A stretch of 64,000 nt of DNA from the human T2T-CHM13v2.0 reference genome, Homo sapiens: assembly GCF_009914755.1 (NCBI RefSeq), contig NC_060935.1. One strand, 5' to 3'. The notes beneath the pieces are model-generated. The model saw nothing but the letters and a program-made list of their open reading frames with translations, ran no database searches and was not told where the DNA came from. The position numbers were made by a program, and so were the translations under genes. This document shows positions 11,011 to 25,141 of this stretch, one piece after another. Position 1 is the stretch's first letter. Every line of letters starts with the position of its first letter.

Positions 11011-12366
11011 GCTGCAGACTCTGGGCTAGGGAAAGCTGGGATGTCTCTAAAGGTTGGAATGAATGGCCTAGAATCCGACCCAATAAGCCAAAGCCACTTC
11101 CACCAACGTTAGAAGGCCTTGGCCCCCAGAGAGCCAATTTCACAATCCAGAAGTCCCCGTGCCCTAAAGGGTCTGCCCTGATTACTCCTGGCTCCTTGTG
11201 TGCAGGGGGCTCAGGCATGGCAGGGCTGGGAGTACCAGCAGGCACTCAAGCGGCTTAAGTGTTCCATGACAGACTGGTATGAAGGTGGCCACAATTCAGA
11301 AAGAAAAAAGAAGAGCACCATCTCCTTCCAGTGAGGAAGCGGGGCCACCACCCAGCGTGTGCTCCATCTTTTCTGGCTGGGGAGAGGCCTTCATCTGCTG
11401 TAAAGGGTCCTCCAGCACAAGCTGTCTTAATTGACCCTAGTTCCCAGGGCAGCCTCGTTCTGCCTTGGGTGCTGACACGACCTTCGGTAGGTGCATAAGC
11501 TCTGCATTCGAGGTCCACAGGGGCAGTGGGAGGGAACTGAGACTGGGGAGGGACAAAGGCTGCTCTGTCCTGGTGCTCCCACAAAGGAGAAGGGCTGATC
11601 ACTCAAAGTTGCGAACACCAAGCTCAACAATGAGCCCTGGAAAATTTCTGGAATGGATTATTAAACAGAGAGTCTGTAAGCACTTAGAAAAGGCCACGGT
11701 GAGTCCCAGGGGCCAGCACTGCTCGAAATGTACAGCATTTCTCTTTGTAACAGGATTATTAGCCTGCTGTGCCCGGGGAAAACATGCACCACAGCGCATC
11801 TCGAGTCAGCAGGATTTTGACGGCTTCTAACAAAATCTTGTAGACAAGATGGAGCTATGGGGGTTGGAGGAGAGAACATATAGGAAAAATCAGAGCCAAA
11901 TGAACCACAGCCCCAAAGGGCACAGTTGAACAATGGACTGATTCCAGCCTTGCACGGAGGGATCTGGCAGAGTCCATCCAGTTCATTCAACACCTGGTTA
12001 GAAAACTGGGGCCAGCACACAGGGGAAGGGTAAGCTGGTTTCATGATCGAATCAAGGCTCAGACAATTTTTAAAGGCCAGAGGGTAGACTGCAATCACCA
12101 AGATGAAATTTACAAGGAACAAATGTGAAGCCCAACATTTAGGTTTTAAAAATCAAGCGTATAAATACAGAAGGTGGAGGGAACTTGCTTTAGACACAGT
12201 TCAGGTGAAGAAAGACCTGGAAACTTCTGTTAACTATAAGCTCAGTAGGGGCTAAAAGCATGTTAATCGGCATAAAAAGGCAATGAGATCTTAGGGCACA
12301 CAGCTCCCCGCCCCTCTTCTGCCCTTCATCCTTCTTTCAATCAGCAGGGACCGTGCACTCTCTTGG

Positions 12367-12432
12367 AGCCACCACAGAAAACAGAGGTGCATCCAGCACC
12401 ACAGAAAACAGAGCCACCACAGAAAACAGAGG
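12367..12432. repeat. Short tandem repeat (CACCACAGAAAACAGAG x3)
   Basis: Three direct copies visible. Confidence 0.85.
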
Positions 12433-14699
12433 GTGACTGTCATCCCCTCCAGTCTCTGCACACTCCCAGCTGCAGCAGAGCAGGAGGAGAGAGCACAGCC
12501 TGCAATGCTAATTTGCCAGGAGCTCACCTGCCTGCGTCACTGGGCACAGACGCCAGTGAGGCCAGAGGCCGGGCTGTGCTGGGGCCTGAGCTGGGTGGTG
12601 GGGAGAGAGTCTCTCCCCTGCCCCTGTCTCTTCCGTGCAGGAGGAGCATGTTTAAGGGGACGGGTTCAAAGCTGGTCACATCCCCACCGAAAAAGCCCAT
12701 GGACAACGAAAAGCCCACTAGCTTGTCCAGTGCCACAGGAGGGGCAAGTGGAGGAGGAGAGGTGGCGGTGCTCCCCACTCCACTGCCAGTCGTCACTGGC
12801 TCTCCCTTCCCTTCATCCTCGTTCCCTATCTGTCACCATTTCCTGTCGTCGTTTCCTCTGAATGTCTCACCCTGCCCTCCCTGCTTGCAAGTCCCCTGTC
12901 TGTAGCCTCACCCCTGTCGTATCCTGACTACAATAACAGCTTCTGGGTGTCCCTGGCATCCACTCTCTCTCCCTTCTTGTCCCTTCCGTGACGGATGCCT
13001 GAGGAACCTTCCCCAAACTCTTCTGTCCCATCCCTGCCCTGCTCAAAATCCAATCACAGCTCCCTAACACGCCTGAATCAACTTGAAGTCCTGTCTTGAG
13101 TAATCCGTGGGCCCTAACTCACTCATCCCAACTCTTCACTCACTGCCTTGCCCCACACCCTGCCAGGGAGCCTCCCGTGGCACCGTGGGGACACAAAGGA
13201 ACCAGGGCAAAGCTCCCTCAGCCCCATTCAAAGAGGCCTGGCCCACAGGCTCACGGAAAGTCAGCCTCTCATGCCCCGAGAGCTGAGTGCAAGGGAGAGG
13301 CAGCGCTGTCTGTGCTTCCCATGCAGAAGCACCCCCCTCCCACCCCTGTGCAGGCCGGCCTTCGCGGCAGACCACCATACACCACGTTCCAAGCCACACT
13401 GAGGCCTCCCTCCAAGCCTGCAGCCCCCATTTCCAGACCCTGCCAGGGCAACCTGCATATCCACCTCCCTACCCTGCCCCCCTCTTCCAGGAGTCTGCCC
13501 TATGTGGAGTAAGCACGTGGTTTTCCTCTTCAGCAACTATTTCCTTTTTACTCAAGCAATGGCCCCATTTCCCTTGGGGAATCCATCTCTCTCGCAGGCT
13601 TAGTCCCAGAGCTTCAGGTGGGGCTGCCCACAGAGCTCCTCAGTCTAAGCCAAGTGGTGTGTCATAGTCCCCTGGCCCCATTAATGGATTCTGGGATAGA
13701 CATGAGGACCAAGCCAGGTGGGATGGGTGAGTGTGGCTTCTGGAGGAAGCGGGGACACAGGACAGCATTCTTTCCTGCTGGACCTGACCCTGTGTCATGT
13801 CACCTTGCTACCACGAGAGCATGGCCTGTCTGGGAATGCAGCCAGACCCAAAGAAGCAAACTGACATGGAAGGAAAGCAAAACCAGGCCCTGAGGACATC
13901 ATTTTAGCCCTTACTCCGAAGGCTGCTCTACTGATTGGTTAATTTTTGCTTAGCTTGGTCTGGGGAGTTCTGACAGGCGTGCCACCAATTCTTACCGATT
14001 TCTCTCCACTCTAGACCCTGAGAAGCCCACGCGGTTCATGCTAGCAATTAACAATCAATCTCGCCCTATGTGTTCCCATTCCAGCCTCTAGGACACAGTG
14101 GCAGCCACATAATTGGTATCTCTTAAGGTCCAGCACGAGGTGGAGCACATGGTGGAGAGACAGATGCAGTGACCTGGAACCCAGGAGTGAGGGAGCCAGG
14201 ACTCAGGCCCAAGGCTCCTGAGAGGCATCTGGCCCTCCCTGCGCTGTGCCAGCAGCTTGGAGAACCCACACTCAATGAACGCAGCACTCCACTACCCAGG
14301 AAATGCCTTCCTGCCCTCTCCTCATCCCATCCCTGGGCAGGGGACATGCAACTGTCTACAAGGTGCCAAGTACCAGGACAGGAAAGGAAAGACGCCAAAA
14401 ATCCAGCGCTGCCCTCAGAGAAGGGCAACCACGCAGTCCCCATCTTGGCAAGGAAACACAATTTCCGAGGGAATGGTTTTGGCCTCCATTCTAAGTGCTG
14501 GACATGGGGTGGCCATAATCTGGAGCTGATGGCTCTTAAAGACCTGCATCCTCTTCCCTAGGTGTCCCTCGGGCACATTTAGCACAAAGATAAGCACAAA
14601 AGGTGCATCCAGCACTTTGTTACTATTGGTGGCAGGTTCATGAATGGCAACCAAAGGCAGTGTACGGGTCAAGATTATCAACAGGGAAGAGATAGCATT

Positions 14700-14935
14700 T
14701 CCTGAAGGCTTCCTAGGTGCCAAGCACTGTTCCATTCCTTTTCATGTTTTGATTAATTTAATATTTACAATAATTCTACCAGGAAGCTACCATTATTACC
14801 ACAACTTCACAAATGAGAACACCGAGGCTTAGAGGGGTTGGGTTGCCCAAGGTTACAGAGGAAGAAAACAGGGGAGCTGGATCTGAGCCAAGGCATCAAC
14901 TCCAAGGTAACCCCTCAGTCACTTCAGTGTGTGTC
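14700..14935 (-). mobile_element. MIR SINE
   Basis: ACAAATGAGAACACCGAGGCTTAGAGGGGTT...TTGCCCAAGGTTACA MIR core; boundaries approximate. Confidence 0.7.
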
Positions 14936-15654
14936 CCCTGGTTACTGGGACATTCTTGACAAGCTCGGGGCAAGCCGGTGAGTCAGTGGGGGAGGACTTT
15001 CAGGAAGAGGTGGGTTCCCAGTTGGTGACAGAAGAGGAGGCTGCAAAGTGAAGGAGCAGGGGCTCCAGGTCTGGCGACAACCAGGGAAGGGACAGGGCAG
15101 GGATGGCTTGGACCACGAGAGGCACCTGAGTCAGGCAGTCACATACTTCCCACTGGGGTCTACCATGTGAGGCATGGTGTGGGATCCTGGGAAGGAGACC
15201 AAGCCTCATTTCAGTTTGCTTATGGCCAAAGACAGGACCTGTGTACCCGACAACCCCTGGGACCTTTACCAAAAATACAGCAAACACCATTCACTCACTC
15301 ATGTTAGATAAACACTGAGTGAAGTCACTGGAGCCCAAGGACTGTGCGAGGTCAGCACTGCCAATACAAGAAGCTGCAGCCCTCCAGCTCGCCTCCCTCA
15401 ATGGCCACTCCGTGCTCCAGCCATGCTGGCTTCCTTTTAGGTCCTCCAACTCCAGGCTGTAGTTCATGTGCTTCTTTCTGGAATGTTCTTCCCAACCTAC
15501 CCACTCAACCCTCAGACTTTACCATAAATGTCATTTCCTCACATCTGCCTTCCCTGACCTGAGACCAAGCCAGGCTTCCCATGACGAGCCTCACAGTACC
15601 CCATCTCCCCTGAACAGATGCAGTAATAACCTACATAACCCGGGGCCATGATCT

Positions 15655-15820
15655 ATGGCTTTGAATCCTGGCTCTGTCACTAGGCCAGGTCTCTCAGCCT
15701 TTCTGTGCCTCAGTTTCCTCATCTATAAAATGAGATGACGGCAGTGCCTGCTCATGAAGTGTGAGTTAATGCACTCAAATCAATGGTTGTGCACGGTTTA
15801 TATGAATATTAGTGATTACA
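15655..15820 (+). mobile_element. MIR SINE (within L2-like sequence)
   Basis: GAATCCTGGCTCTGTCAC...GTGCCTCAGTTTCCTCATCTATAAAATG core; boundaries approximate. Confidence 0.75.
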
Positions 15821-18359
15821 AAATATTATCAATAGATCTTGTCACAACTGTTATTGAAGAACTAATCATCTATTGCTTATTTAGGTCTTTCTCTCCTGCC
15901 AGAATGTGCGCTCCAGGTGGAGAGGTATGTTGCCTTATCCGTGGCTGGATATATAGAGATTCCCACACTGCCTTGCACACGAGCACTGCTGGGTAAATAT
16001 TTGTTGGCTGCAGGAAAACGTGAAGGAATAGGCCCTCCAATGGGAGGAAAAGCATGAGTTGTGAGAGCAGAGCCACCACAGGAAACCAGGAGGCTAAGTG
16101 GGGTGGAAGGGAGTGAGCTCTCGGACTCCCAGGAGTAAAAGCTTCCAAGTTGGGCTCTCACTTCAGCCCCTCCCACACAGGGAAGCCAGATGGGTTCCCC
16201 AGGACCGGGATTCCCCAAGGGGGCTGCTCCCAGAGGGTGTGTTGCTGGGATTGCCCAGGACAGGGATGGCCCTCTCATCAGGTGGGGGTGGGTGGCAGCA
16301 CCCACCTGCTGAAGATGTCTCCAGAGACCTTCTGCAGGTACTGCAGGGCATCCGCCATCTGCTGGACGGCCTCCTCTCGCCGCAGGTCTGGCTGGATGAG
16401 GGGCACGGCATAGGTCTGACCTGCCAGGGAGTGCTGCATCCTCACAGGAGTCATGGTGCCTGTGGGTGGGAGCCGGAGCATCACAGCCACCCACGACCAC
16501 CTGCACCCACCCACCACAGGGCAGGGTGGTGTTGAGACAACACAGCCCTCATCCCAACTATGCACATAGCTTCAGCCTGCACAGATAGGGGAGTAGGGGA
16601 CAGAGCATTTGCTGAGAGGCCAGGAGCGCATAGATGGGACTCTGCTGATGCCTGCTGAGTGAATGAGGGAAAGGGCAGGGCCCGGGACTGGGGAATCTGT
16701 AGGGTCAATGGAGGAGTTCAGAGAAGGTGCAACATTTCTGACCCCCTACAAGGTGCTTGCTACCTGCCAGGCACCCTTTCCATACCTTGTCTCAGTTCAG
16801 CTCCCCACCTTGGATAAACAAGAAACCTTGGTTGCAGAGGAAAAAAGAGGCTGGAAACAAAGGGGTAGAAATGGGGTAGCGGGGGAGATTGGGTGATCAA
16901 CTGCCAAATGGTACCCAGTTCTGGAAAAGCACAAAAAATGTGCACACACGGGTTCTTCCCACTTTAACCCCTGAGGAATCTGAGGCCTGCTCCTGAAACA
17001 GACTGGGCAAGTGGCTAGTGACTCTAGGTATAGGAGTATCCAGCCCTGCTCACCCAGGCTAGAGCTTAGGGGGACAAGAGGAAAGAGGTGCCTGTGGGGG
17101 TGGAGGACAGGAAGGAAAAACACTCCTGGAATTGCAAAGTGAGGGCAGAGTCTATTTATATTGGGTTTAATTAACTCCTCTCCCTGGTGCCACTAAAGCA
17201 GCAATCACACTGCAGACAGCACTGATTTGATTGGCAAGAGATGCACCAGGCAGAATATTAAGGGACCAGGCCCCTATAAATAGGCCTAATCACAGCCCCT
17301 CGCTGGAAAATGGTAAGGAAGACATTAATCAGGCCTGGCACTGTGCCCTAGACCTGCTCCCCTAGGCACTACAGTGGGGCCCTTGGTTGCAACACAAGTA
17401 GGTAGGGATGGATGAGTGTGGCATGAAGGGCCTAGGAGATTTCATTTGGGTTTAAAATGCTGTGACCTTGAGTAAGTTGCCGTCTCTGAATCTGATCCTT
17501 TCGATTTCCCATTCTCCAAACTGAGAACTAGCACTGCTGAGACGTGGTTATTCCCAATAATAATTTGTATATTTTACATAACGCACCACACCAACATCTT
17601 CACCCAGTTGGAGCCTACTCCTTTGCTCCCGCTGCTGGCTTCCCCAGCCCTCCCTTCTGCCCTCCTCAGGCCAGCACTTTTCAGTGAGTTCCTCCTTTGC
17701 ATACAGGCTTTCCAGATCTGTACTTGCCTTGAATACTCATCAGAGCCCAGGAGTTACTCCTCACCTCCCACTTATTTTTCCTCCCATCAAATAACTAAAG
17801 CATGGCCAGCTGATGCCCAGCCAACTGAGAAACCTAACCCTCTGAGACCAGCACACCCCTTTCAAGCATGTTCCTCCCTCCCCTTCTTTGTATTTATACT
17901 GATGCAAGTTTGCTGGCTGTCCTAACTTATTTCTGTGCCTCAGTTCTCCCATATGTAAGATCACAAAGGGGGTAAAGATGCAAGATATTTCCTGTGCACA
18001 TCTTCAGATGAATTTCTTGTTAGTGTGTGTGTGTTTGCTCACACATATGCGTGAAAGAAGAGTACATACACAGATCTCCTCAAAAAGGAGGCAGCAAGCC
18101 CGTTCAAGAATGGGACTGAATACACCTGATGAGTGGTTTACTTTCTGTCTGCAAACATCTACTGATCATCTGTTAGGTGCAGGCCATGATCACAACAAAG
18201 ACGAATAAGACACTACACTAGCCAGGGAGAGTCTCAAAAACAACTAAACTCAAATTAAATTCATTCTACTCCAGTCATGAGTACAAAGCTAAGGAGTGAC
18301 AAATCCCTCTTGGAGTTAGGGGAGTCAGGAAAAAGCTCTTAGCAGAATGTGTGCCTCTC

Positions 18360-18798
<439 letters not shown>

Positions 18799-18844
18799 TC
18801 AAAATTAAAGCTAGGAGTTTGGACTTGTGGCAGGAATGAAATCC

Positions 18845-19085
18845 TTAGACCTGTGCTGTCCAATATGGTAGCCACCAGGCACATGCAGCCACTGAGCACT
18901 TGAAATGTGGATAGTCTGAATTGAGATGTGCCATAAGTGTAAAATATGCACCAAATTTCAAAGGCTAGAAAAAAAGAATGTAAAATATCTTATTATTTTA
19001 TATTGATTACATGCTAAAATAACCATATTTGGGATATACTGGATTTTAAAAATATATCACTAATTTCATCTGTTTCTTTTTACTT
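18845..19085. mobile_element. hAT-Charlie MITE (MER33-like)
   Basis: CTGTGCTGTCCAATATGGTAGCCAC...GAGCACTTGAAATGTGG terminal sequence typical of MER3/MER33. Confidence 0.65.
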
Positions 19086-20299
19086 TTAGAAATCACATAT
19101 GTGACTTAAATATTTCTTTTCTTTTTCTTTCCTCTCACTCAGCGTCCTGTGATTCCAAAGAAATGAGTCTCTGCTGTTTTTGGGCAGCAGATATCCTAGA
19201 ATGGACTCTGACCTAAGCATCAAAATTAATCATCATAACGTTATCATTTTATGGCCCCTTCTTCCTATATCTGGTAGCTTTTAAATGATGACCATGTAGA
19301 TAATCTTTATTGTCCCTCTTTCAGCAGACGGTATTTTCTTATGCTACAGTATGACTGCTAATAATACCTACACATGTTAGAACCATTCTGACTCCTCAAG
19401 AATCTCATTTAACTCTTATTATCAGTGAATTTATCATCATCCCCAATTTTACATAAGGAAATGGGGTTAGAAAGACCAAATAACATTTTTTCAACATCAA
19501 AACACTAGCTTGAGATCAAGCCCAGACTTGGATCTGTTGTCTGAATTCCAAGCTTTTTGTTATTTATTGATATGTTTTGTTGTTTTCATGCAATAATGCA
19601 AATCTTAGCCCAAACATTTTGTTAGTAGTACCAACTGTAAGTCACCTTATCTTCATACTTTGTCTTTATGTAAACCTAAATTAGATCTGTTTTTGATACT
19701 GAGGGAAAAACAAGGGAATCTAACACTAACCAGCCCGTAGTGTATGGTCAACACTTTCGTTACTTTAGTATACATCACCCCAATTGTTTGTCTTCACCAC
19801 ACACTTTGGAGTTAGGTAGTAGTATCTATTTTTACAAATAAGAAAACCCAGGCACAAAGGGGTTGATTAGCAATTATCTTTTGAAAAGCCTGTAGTTGCT
19901 CATCTGAAGAAGTGACGGACCACCTCTTATTTAGTGGACAGACAGTAACTAGTTGAGAAGACAGGGGATTTTGTTGGCGGAAAAAAAATTTTATCAAAAG
20001 TCGTCTTCTATCAGGGAGTTTTATGAGAAACCCTAGCTCCTCAGTACCACAGTGGGTAACTGTAATTCATTCTAGGTCTGCGATATTTCCTGCCTATCCA
20101 TTTTGTTAACTCTTCAATGCATTCCACAAATACCTAAGTATTCTTTAATAATGGTGGGTTTTTTTTTTTGCATCTATGAAGTTTTTTCAAATTCTTTTTA
20201 AGTGACAAAACTTGTACATGTGTATCGCTCAATATTTCTAGTCGACAGCACTGCTTTCGAGAATGTAAACCGTGCACTCCCAGGAAAATGCAGACACAG

Positions 20300-21375
20300 C
20301 ACGCCTCTTTGGGACCGCGGTTTATACTTTCGAAGTGCTCGGAGCCCTTCCTCCAGACCGTTCTCCCACACCCCGCTCCAGGGTCTCTCCCGGAGTTACA
20401 GGCCTCGCTGTAGGCCCCGGGAACCCAACGCGGTGTCAGAGAAGTGGGGTCCCCTACGAGGGACCAGGAGCTCCGGGCGGGCAGCAGCTGCGGAAGAGCC
20501 GCGCGAGGCTTCCCAGAACCCGGCCGGGGCGGGAAGACGCAGGAGTGGGGAGGCGGAACCGGGACCCCGCAGAGCCCGGGTCCCTGCGCCCCACAAGCCT
20601 TGGCTTCCCTGCTAGGGCCGGGCAAGGCCGGGTGCAGGGCGCGGCTCCAGGGAGGAAGCTCCGGGGCGAGCCCAAGACGCCTCCCGGGCGGTCGGGGCCC
20701 AGCGGCGGCGTTCGCAGTGGAGCCGGGCACCGGGCAGCGGCCGCGGAACACCAGCTTGGCGCAGGCTTCTCGGTCAGGAACGGTCCCGGGCCTCCCGCCC
20801 GCCTCCCTCCAGCCCCTCCGGGTCCCCTACTTCGCCCCGCCAGGCCCCCACGACCCTACTTCCCGCGGCCCCGGACGCCTCCTCACCTGCGAGCCGCCCT
20901 CCCGGAAGCTCCCGCCGCCGCTTCCGCTCTGCCAGAGCCGCTGGGTCCTAGCCCCGCCGCCCACAGTCCGCCCGCGCCTCCGGGTCCTAACGCCGCCGCT
21001 CGCCCTCCGCTGCGCCCTCCCCGAGCGCGGCTCCAGGACCCCGTCGACCCGGAGCGCTGTCCTGGTGGACCGAGTCGCGGGCCTGGGCACGGAACTCACG
21101 CTCACTCCGAGCTCCCGACGTGCACACGGCTCCCATCCGTTGTCTTCCGAGCGTCAGGCCGCCCCTACCCGTGCTTTCTGCTCTGCAGACCCTCTTCCTA
21201 GACCTCCGTCCTTTGTCCCATCGCTGCCTTCCCCTCAAGCTCAGGGCCAAGCTGTCCGCCAACCTCGGCTCCTCCGGGCAGCCCTCGCCCGGGGTGCGCC
21301 CCGGGGCAGGACCCCCAGCCCACGCCCAGGGCCCGCCCCTGCCCTCCAGCCCTACGCCTTGACCCGCTTTCCTGC
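20300..21375. promoter_or_regulatory. CpG island; bidirectional promoter for WASH (-) and the MIR1302 host lncRNA (+)
   Basis: Abrupt high GC and CpG density. Contains the WASH exon 1 donor at 20887, ETS-like CCGGAAG (20902-20908) and several GC boxes. Confidence 0.9.
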
Positions 21376-21469
21376 GTCTCTCAGCCTACCTGACCTTGTC
21401 TTTACCTCTGTGGGCAGCTCCCTTGTGATCTGCTTAGTTCCCACCCCCCTTTAAGAATTCAATAGAGAA

Positions 21470-21755
21470 AAACTACAGATATCGTATGAGTCCAGTTTTG
21501 TGAAGTGCCTAGAATAGTCAAAATTCACAGAGACAGAAGCAGTGGTCGCCAGGAATGGGGAAGCAAGGCGGAGTTGGGCAGCTCGTGTTCAACGGGTAGA
21601 GTTTCAGGCTGGGGTGATGGAAGGGTGCTGGAAATGAGTGGTAGTGATGGCGGCACAACGGTGTGAATCTACTTAATCCCACTGAACTGTATGCTGAAAA
21701 ATGGTTTAGACGGTGAATTTTAGGTTATGTATGTTTTACCACAATTTTTAAAAAG
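21470..21755 (+). mobile_element. L1MB 3' end fragment
   Basis: AAATTCACAGAGACAGAAGCAGTGGTCGCCAGG...GTGAATTTTAGGTTATGTATGTTTTACCACAATTTTTAAAA, typical L1MB 3' UTR. Confidence 0.75.
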
Positions 21756-21921
21756 CTAGTGAAAAGCTGGTAAAAAGAAAGAAAAGAGGCTTTTTTAAAA
21801 AGTTAAATATATAAAAAGAGCATCATCAGTCCAAAGTCCAGCAGTTGTCCCTCCTGGAATCCGTTGGCTTGCCTCCGGCATTTTTGGCCCTTGCCTTTTA
21901 GGGTTGCCAGATTAAAAGACA

Positions 21922-22059
21922 GGATGCCCAGCTAGTTTGAATTTTAGATAAACAACGAATAATTTCGTAGCATAAATATGTCCCAAGCTTAGTTTGGGAC
22001 ATACTTATGCTAAAAAACATTATTGGTTGTTTATCTGAGATTCAGAATTAAGCATTTTA
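21922..22059 (+). ncRNA. MIR1302: miR-1302 precursor within a palindromic MER53 element (~21899-22088)
   Basis: Hairpin TAGCATAAATATGTCCCAA/TTGGGACATACTTATGCTA; mature TTGGGACATACTTATGCTAAA at 21994-22014. Confidence 0.9.
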
Positions 22060-22249
22060 TATTTTATTTGCTGCCTCTGGCCACCCTACTCTCTTCCTAA
22101 CACGCTCTCCCTCTCCCAGTTTTGTCCGCCTTCCCTGCCTCCTCTTCTGGGGGAGTTAGATCGAGTTGTAACAAGAACATGCCACTGTCTCGCTGGCTGC
22201 AGCGTGTGGTCCCCTTACCAGAGGTAAAGAAGAGATGGATCTCCACTCA

Positions 22250-22695
22250 TGTTGTAGACAGAATGTTTATGTCCTCTCCAAATGCTTATGTTGAAACCCT
22301 AACCCCTAATGTGATGGTATGTGGAGATGGGCCTTTGGTAGGTAATTACGGTTAGATGAGGTCATGGGGTGGGGCCCTCATTATAGATCTGGTAAGAAAA
22401 GAGAGCATTGTCTCTGTGTCTCCCTCTCTCTCTCTCTCTCTCTCTCTCATTTCTCTCTATCTCATTTCTCTCTCTCTCTCTATCTCATTTTTCTCTCTCT
22501 CTCTTTCTCTCCTCTGTCTTTTCCCACCAAGTGAGGATGCGAAGAGAAGGTGGCTGTCTGCAAACCAGGAAGAGAGCCCTCACCAGGAACCCGTCCAGCT
22601 GCCACCTTGAACTTGGACTTCCAAGCCTCCAGAACTGTGAGGGATAAATGTATGATTTTAAAGTCGCCCAGTGTGTGGTATTTTGTTTTGACTAA
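22250..22695 (+). mobile_element. MLT1A MaLR LTR interrupted by (TC)n (~22411-22515)
   Basis: TATGTTGAAACCCTAACCCC...GTGATGGTAT...GGACTTCCAAGCCTCCAGAACTGTGAG...GACTAATACA MLT1 hallmarks. Confidence 0.8.
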
Positions 22696-22991
22696 TACAA
22701 CCTGAAAACATTTTCCCCTCACTCCACCTGAGCAATATCTGAGTGGCTTAAGGTACTCAGGACACAACAAAGGAGAAATGTCCCATGCACAAGGTGCACC
22801 CATGCCTGGGTAAAGCAGCCTGGCACAGAGGGAAGCACACAGGCTCAGGGCTCTGCTATTCATTCTTTGTGTGACCCTGGGCAAGCCATGAATGGAGCTT
22901 CAGTCACCCCATTTGTAATGGGATTTAATTGTGCTTGCCCTACCTCCTTTTGAGGGCTGTAGAGAAAAGATGTCAAAGTATTTTGTAATCT

Positions 22992-23377
<386 letters not shown>

Positions 23378-24664
23378 TCATATACCAAGCCTGGCTGTGT
23401 CTTCTCACAAATGCACTGCTAGGCACCACCCCCAGTTCTAGAATCACACCAGCCAGTTCACCCTCCAGATGGTTCACCCTCAACTTCATAAAAGTTCCCT
23501 ACCTAATCTACTGACAGGCTCATCCCCGACCTAATTTTAAAGATTTCCTAGGAGCTGCAATGGGAATCCTGGACCTCAGCCTGGTCATTCTCAGCTGGTC
23601 CTGGACCTCAGGTCCATTCTCAGCCTGGACCTCAGCTGGTCAACCTGGACAAAGAACAGCTGCAGGTCATTCTCATGTGTGGACACGGAAGCTCTGCCTG
23701 CCTTTGCTGGCCAGCTGGGCTGAGCGGGCCTGGGAAATTAAGGCTGCAGGGTTGGTCCCAGGCAGTCTTGCTGAAGCTTGCCACATCCCCCAGCCTCCTG
23801 GATTTGCCAGGATCCAAGAGCATGGACTTTAGGAATTCCTGGTGGAGGAGTGAAGAAAATGTGACAGGGTGTCCTAAGCCCCGATCTACAGGAAGAAAAC
23901 TGGAAATAAGACTGAGGACTTAGTTTAAGATGTTCCTACTCAGCCTCTAGCTTTTGTGCTATAGTTCTGGGAACAGACTCCTCTCTCCTGAAAACCACTT
24001 CCCTCCGCAGCATTAAATTTCACCAAGATGTCTTGCTTGTGGGAAAGACTTCCAAGGATGCCTGGAGAGAGGAGGATGGAAATGTCCTGCTCTCTAAACA
24101 GATAGACAGATGCAGCCAGACAGAAAATAGTTTATCTTGCTGAGGTTTCTAATGTATTTGAAAGAGGCCTGGGTCTAGAAGTCTACCCAGAGGGCTCTGT
24201 GTTGTGCACGCAAAGATAAGAACCTTCCCTGTGGGAGTTCCAGAGCCAGTTTTCATAAACACCCATCGGTGACTGTGTTCAGAGTGAGTTCACACCATCC
24301 TGACCTGCCCTGAGTTAGACCTTACATGGTCTTCCTCCTCTAGGAAGCCTCTGCAGCCCAGGAACCTCCCCTTATCGGAAATGAACAGCATTTGAAGCTT
24401 CACCAGACAGACCAGACAGCTTAGCCCTCGTGTTGTGCCATGTGGGTTGTTCTCTGAGAGGCAGGAGAGCATAGTGGTTACTAGGAAGGGAAGGACTTTG
24501 GGACTAGACTGCCTCGGCTGGAGCCCTCTTTCTGCTTCATAGCCACGTGATCCTAGGCATGTTACCTGTGCCTCAGTTTTCACTCTGTCAATATGTAATA
24601 ACTGAATCTGTCTTTGTGGTGAGGATTCAGTGAGTTAACATATTTGAAGTGCTTAAAAATGAGG

Positions 24665-25085
24665 CTTGTGTCCATAGATTAATGAGTGAATACACAAATG
24701 GTGATATGGACATACAGTGGAGTATTAGTCATAAAAAGGAAGGCAGAGCTGATCCATGGCACCATGTGACAGAACCTCAAAAGCATTAGGTTAAGTGGAA
24801 GAAGCCAGACACAGGTCACCTATTGTGTAATTCCATTTATAGGAAATATACAGAATATGTAAATCCGTGGAGAAAGAAAGCCGATTTCCAGGGGCTAAGG
24901 GGAGGGGAGAATGGGAAGTGGCTGCTTCATGGGTACAAGGTTTCATTTTGAGCTGATGAAAATGTTTTGGAACTACATAGAGATAGTGTTGGCACAACAT
25001 GGTGAATGTACTGAATGCCACTGATTGTTCACTTTAAAATGGTCAAACTTATATGAATTTCACCTCCATTAAAAAAAAAAAAAAA
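24665..25085 (+). mobile_element. L1MB 3' end
   Basis: AATGAGTGAATACACAAATGGTGATAT...TTCACTTTAAAATGG followed by poly-A (25071-25085). Confidence 0.8.
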
Positions 25086-25141
25086 GGACCAGATGTGGTT
25101 GCTCACACCCATAATCCCAACACTTTGGAAAAAGGTGAAAG

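Larger units (their letters stand above)
21120..22660 (+). ncRNA. MIR1302 host-gene-like lncRNA
   Basis: GT/AG-bounded exons 21120-21595, 22120-22223 and 22532-~22660, matching my recollection of the MIR1302-2HG structure. Confidence 0.6.

Noticed and set aside
20134-21454. Long 205-336 aa ORFs on both strands
   Set aside because: Low-complexity Pro/Arg/Gly frames expected in a CpG island, mostly with non-ATG starts and no recognisable domain.
22295-22309. AACCCTAACCCCTAA as an interstitial telomere
   Set aside because: Only about two units, inside an MLT1 LTR segment with similar sequence; chance resemblance.
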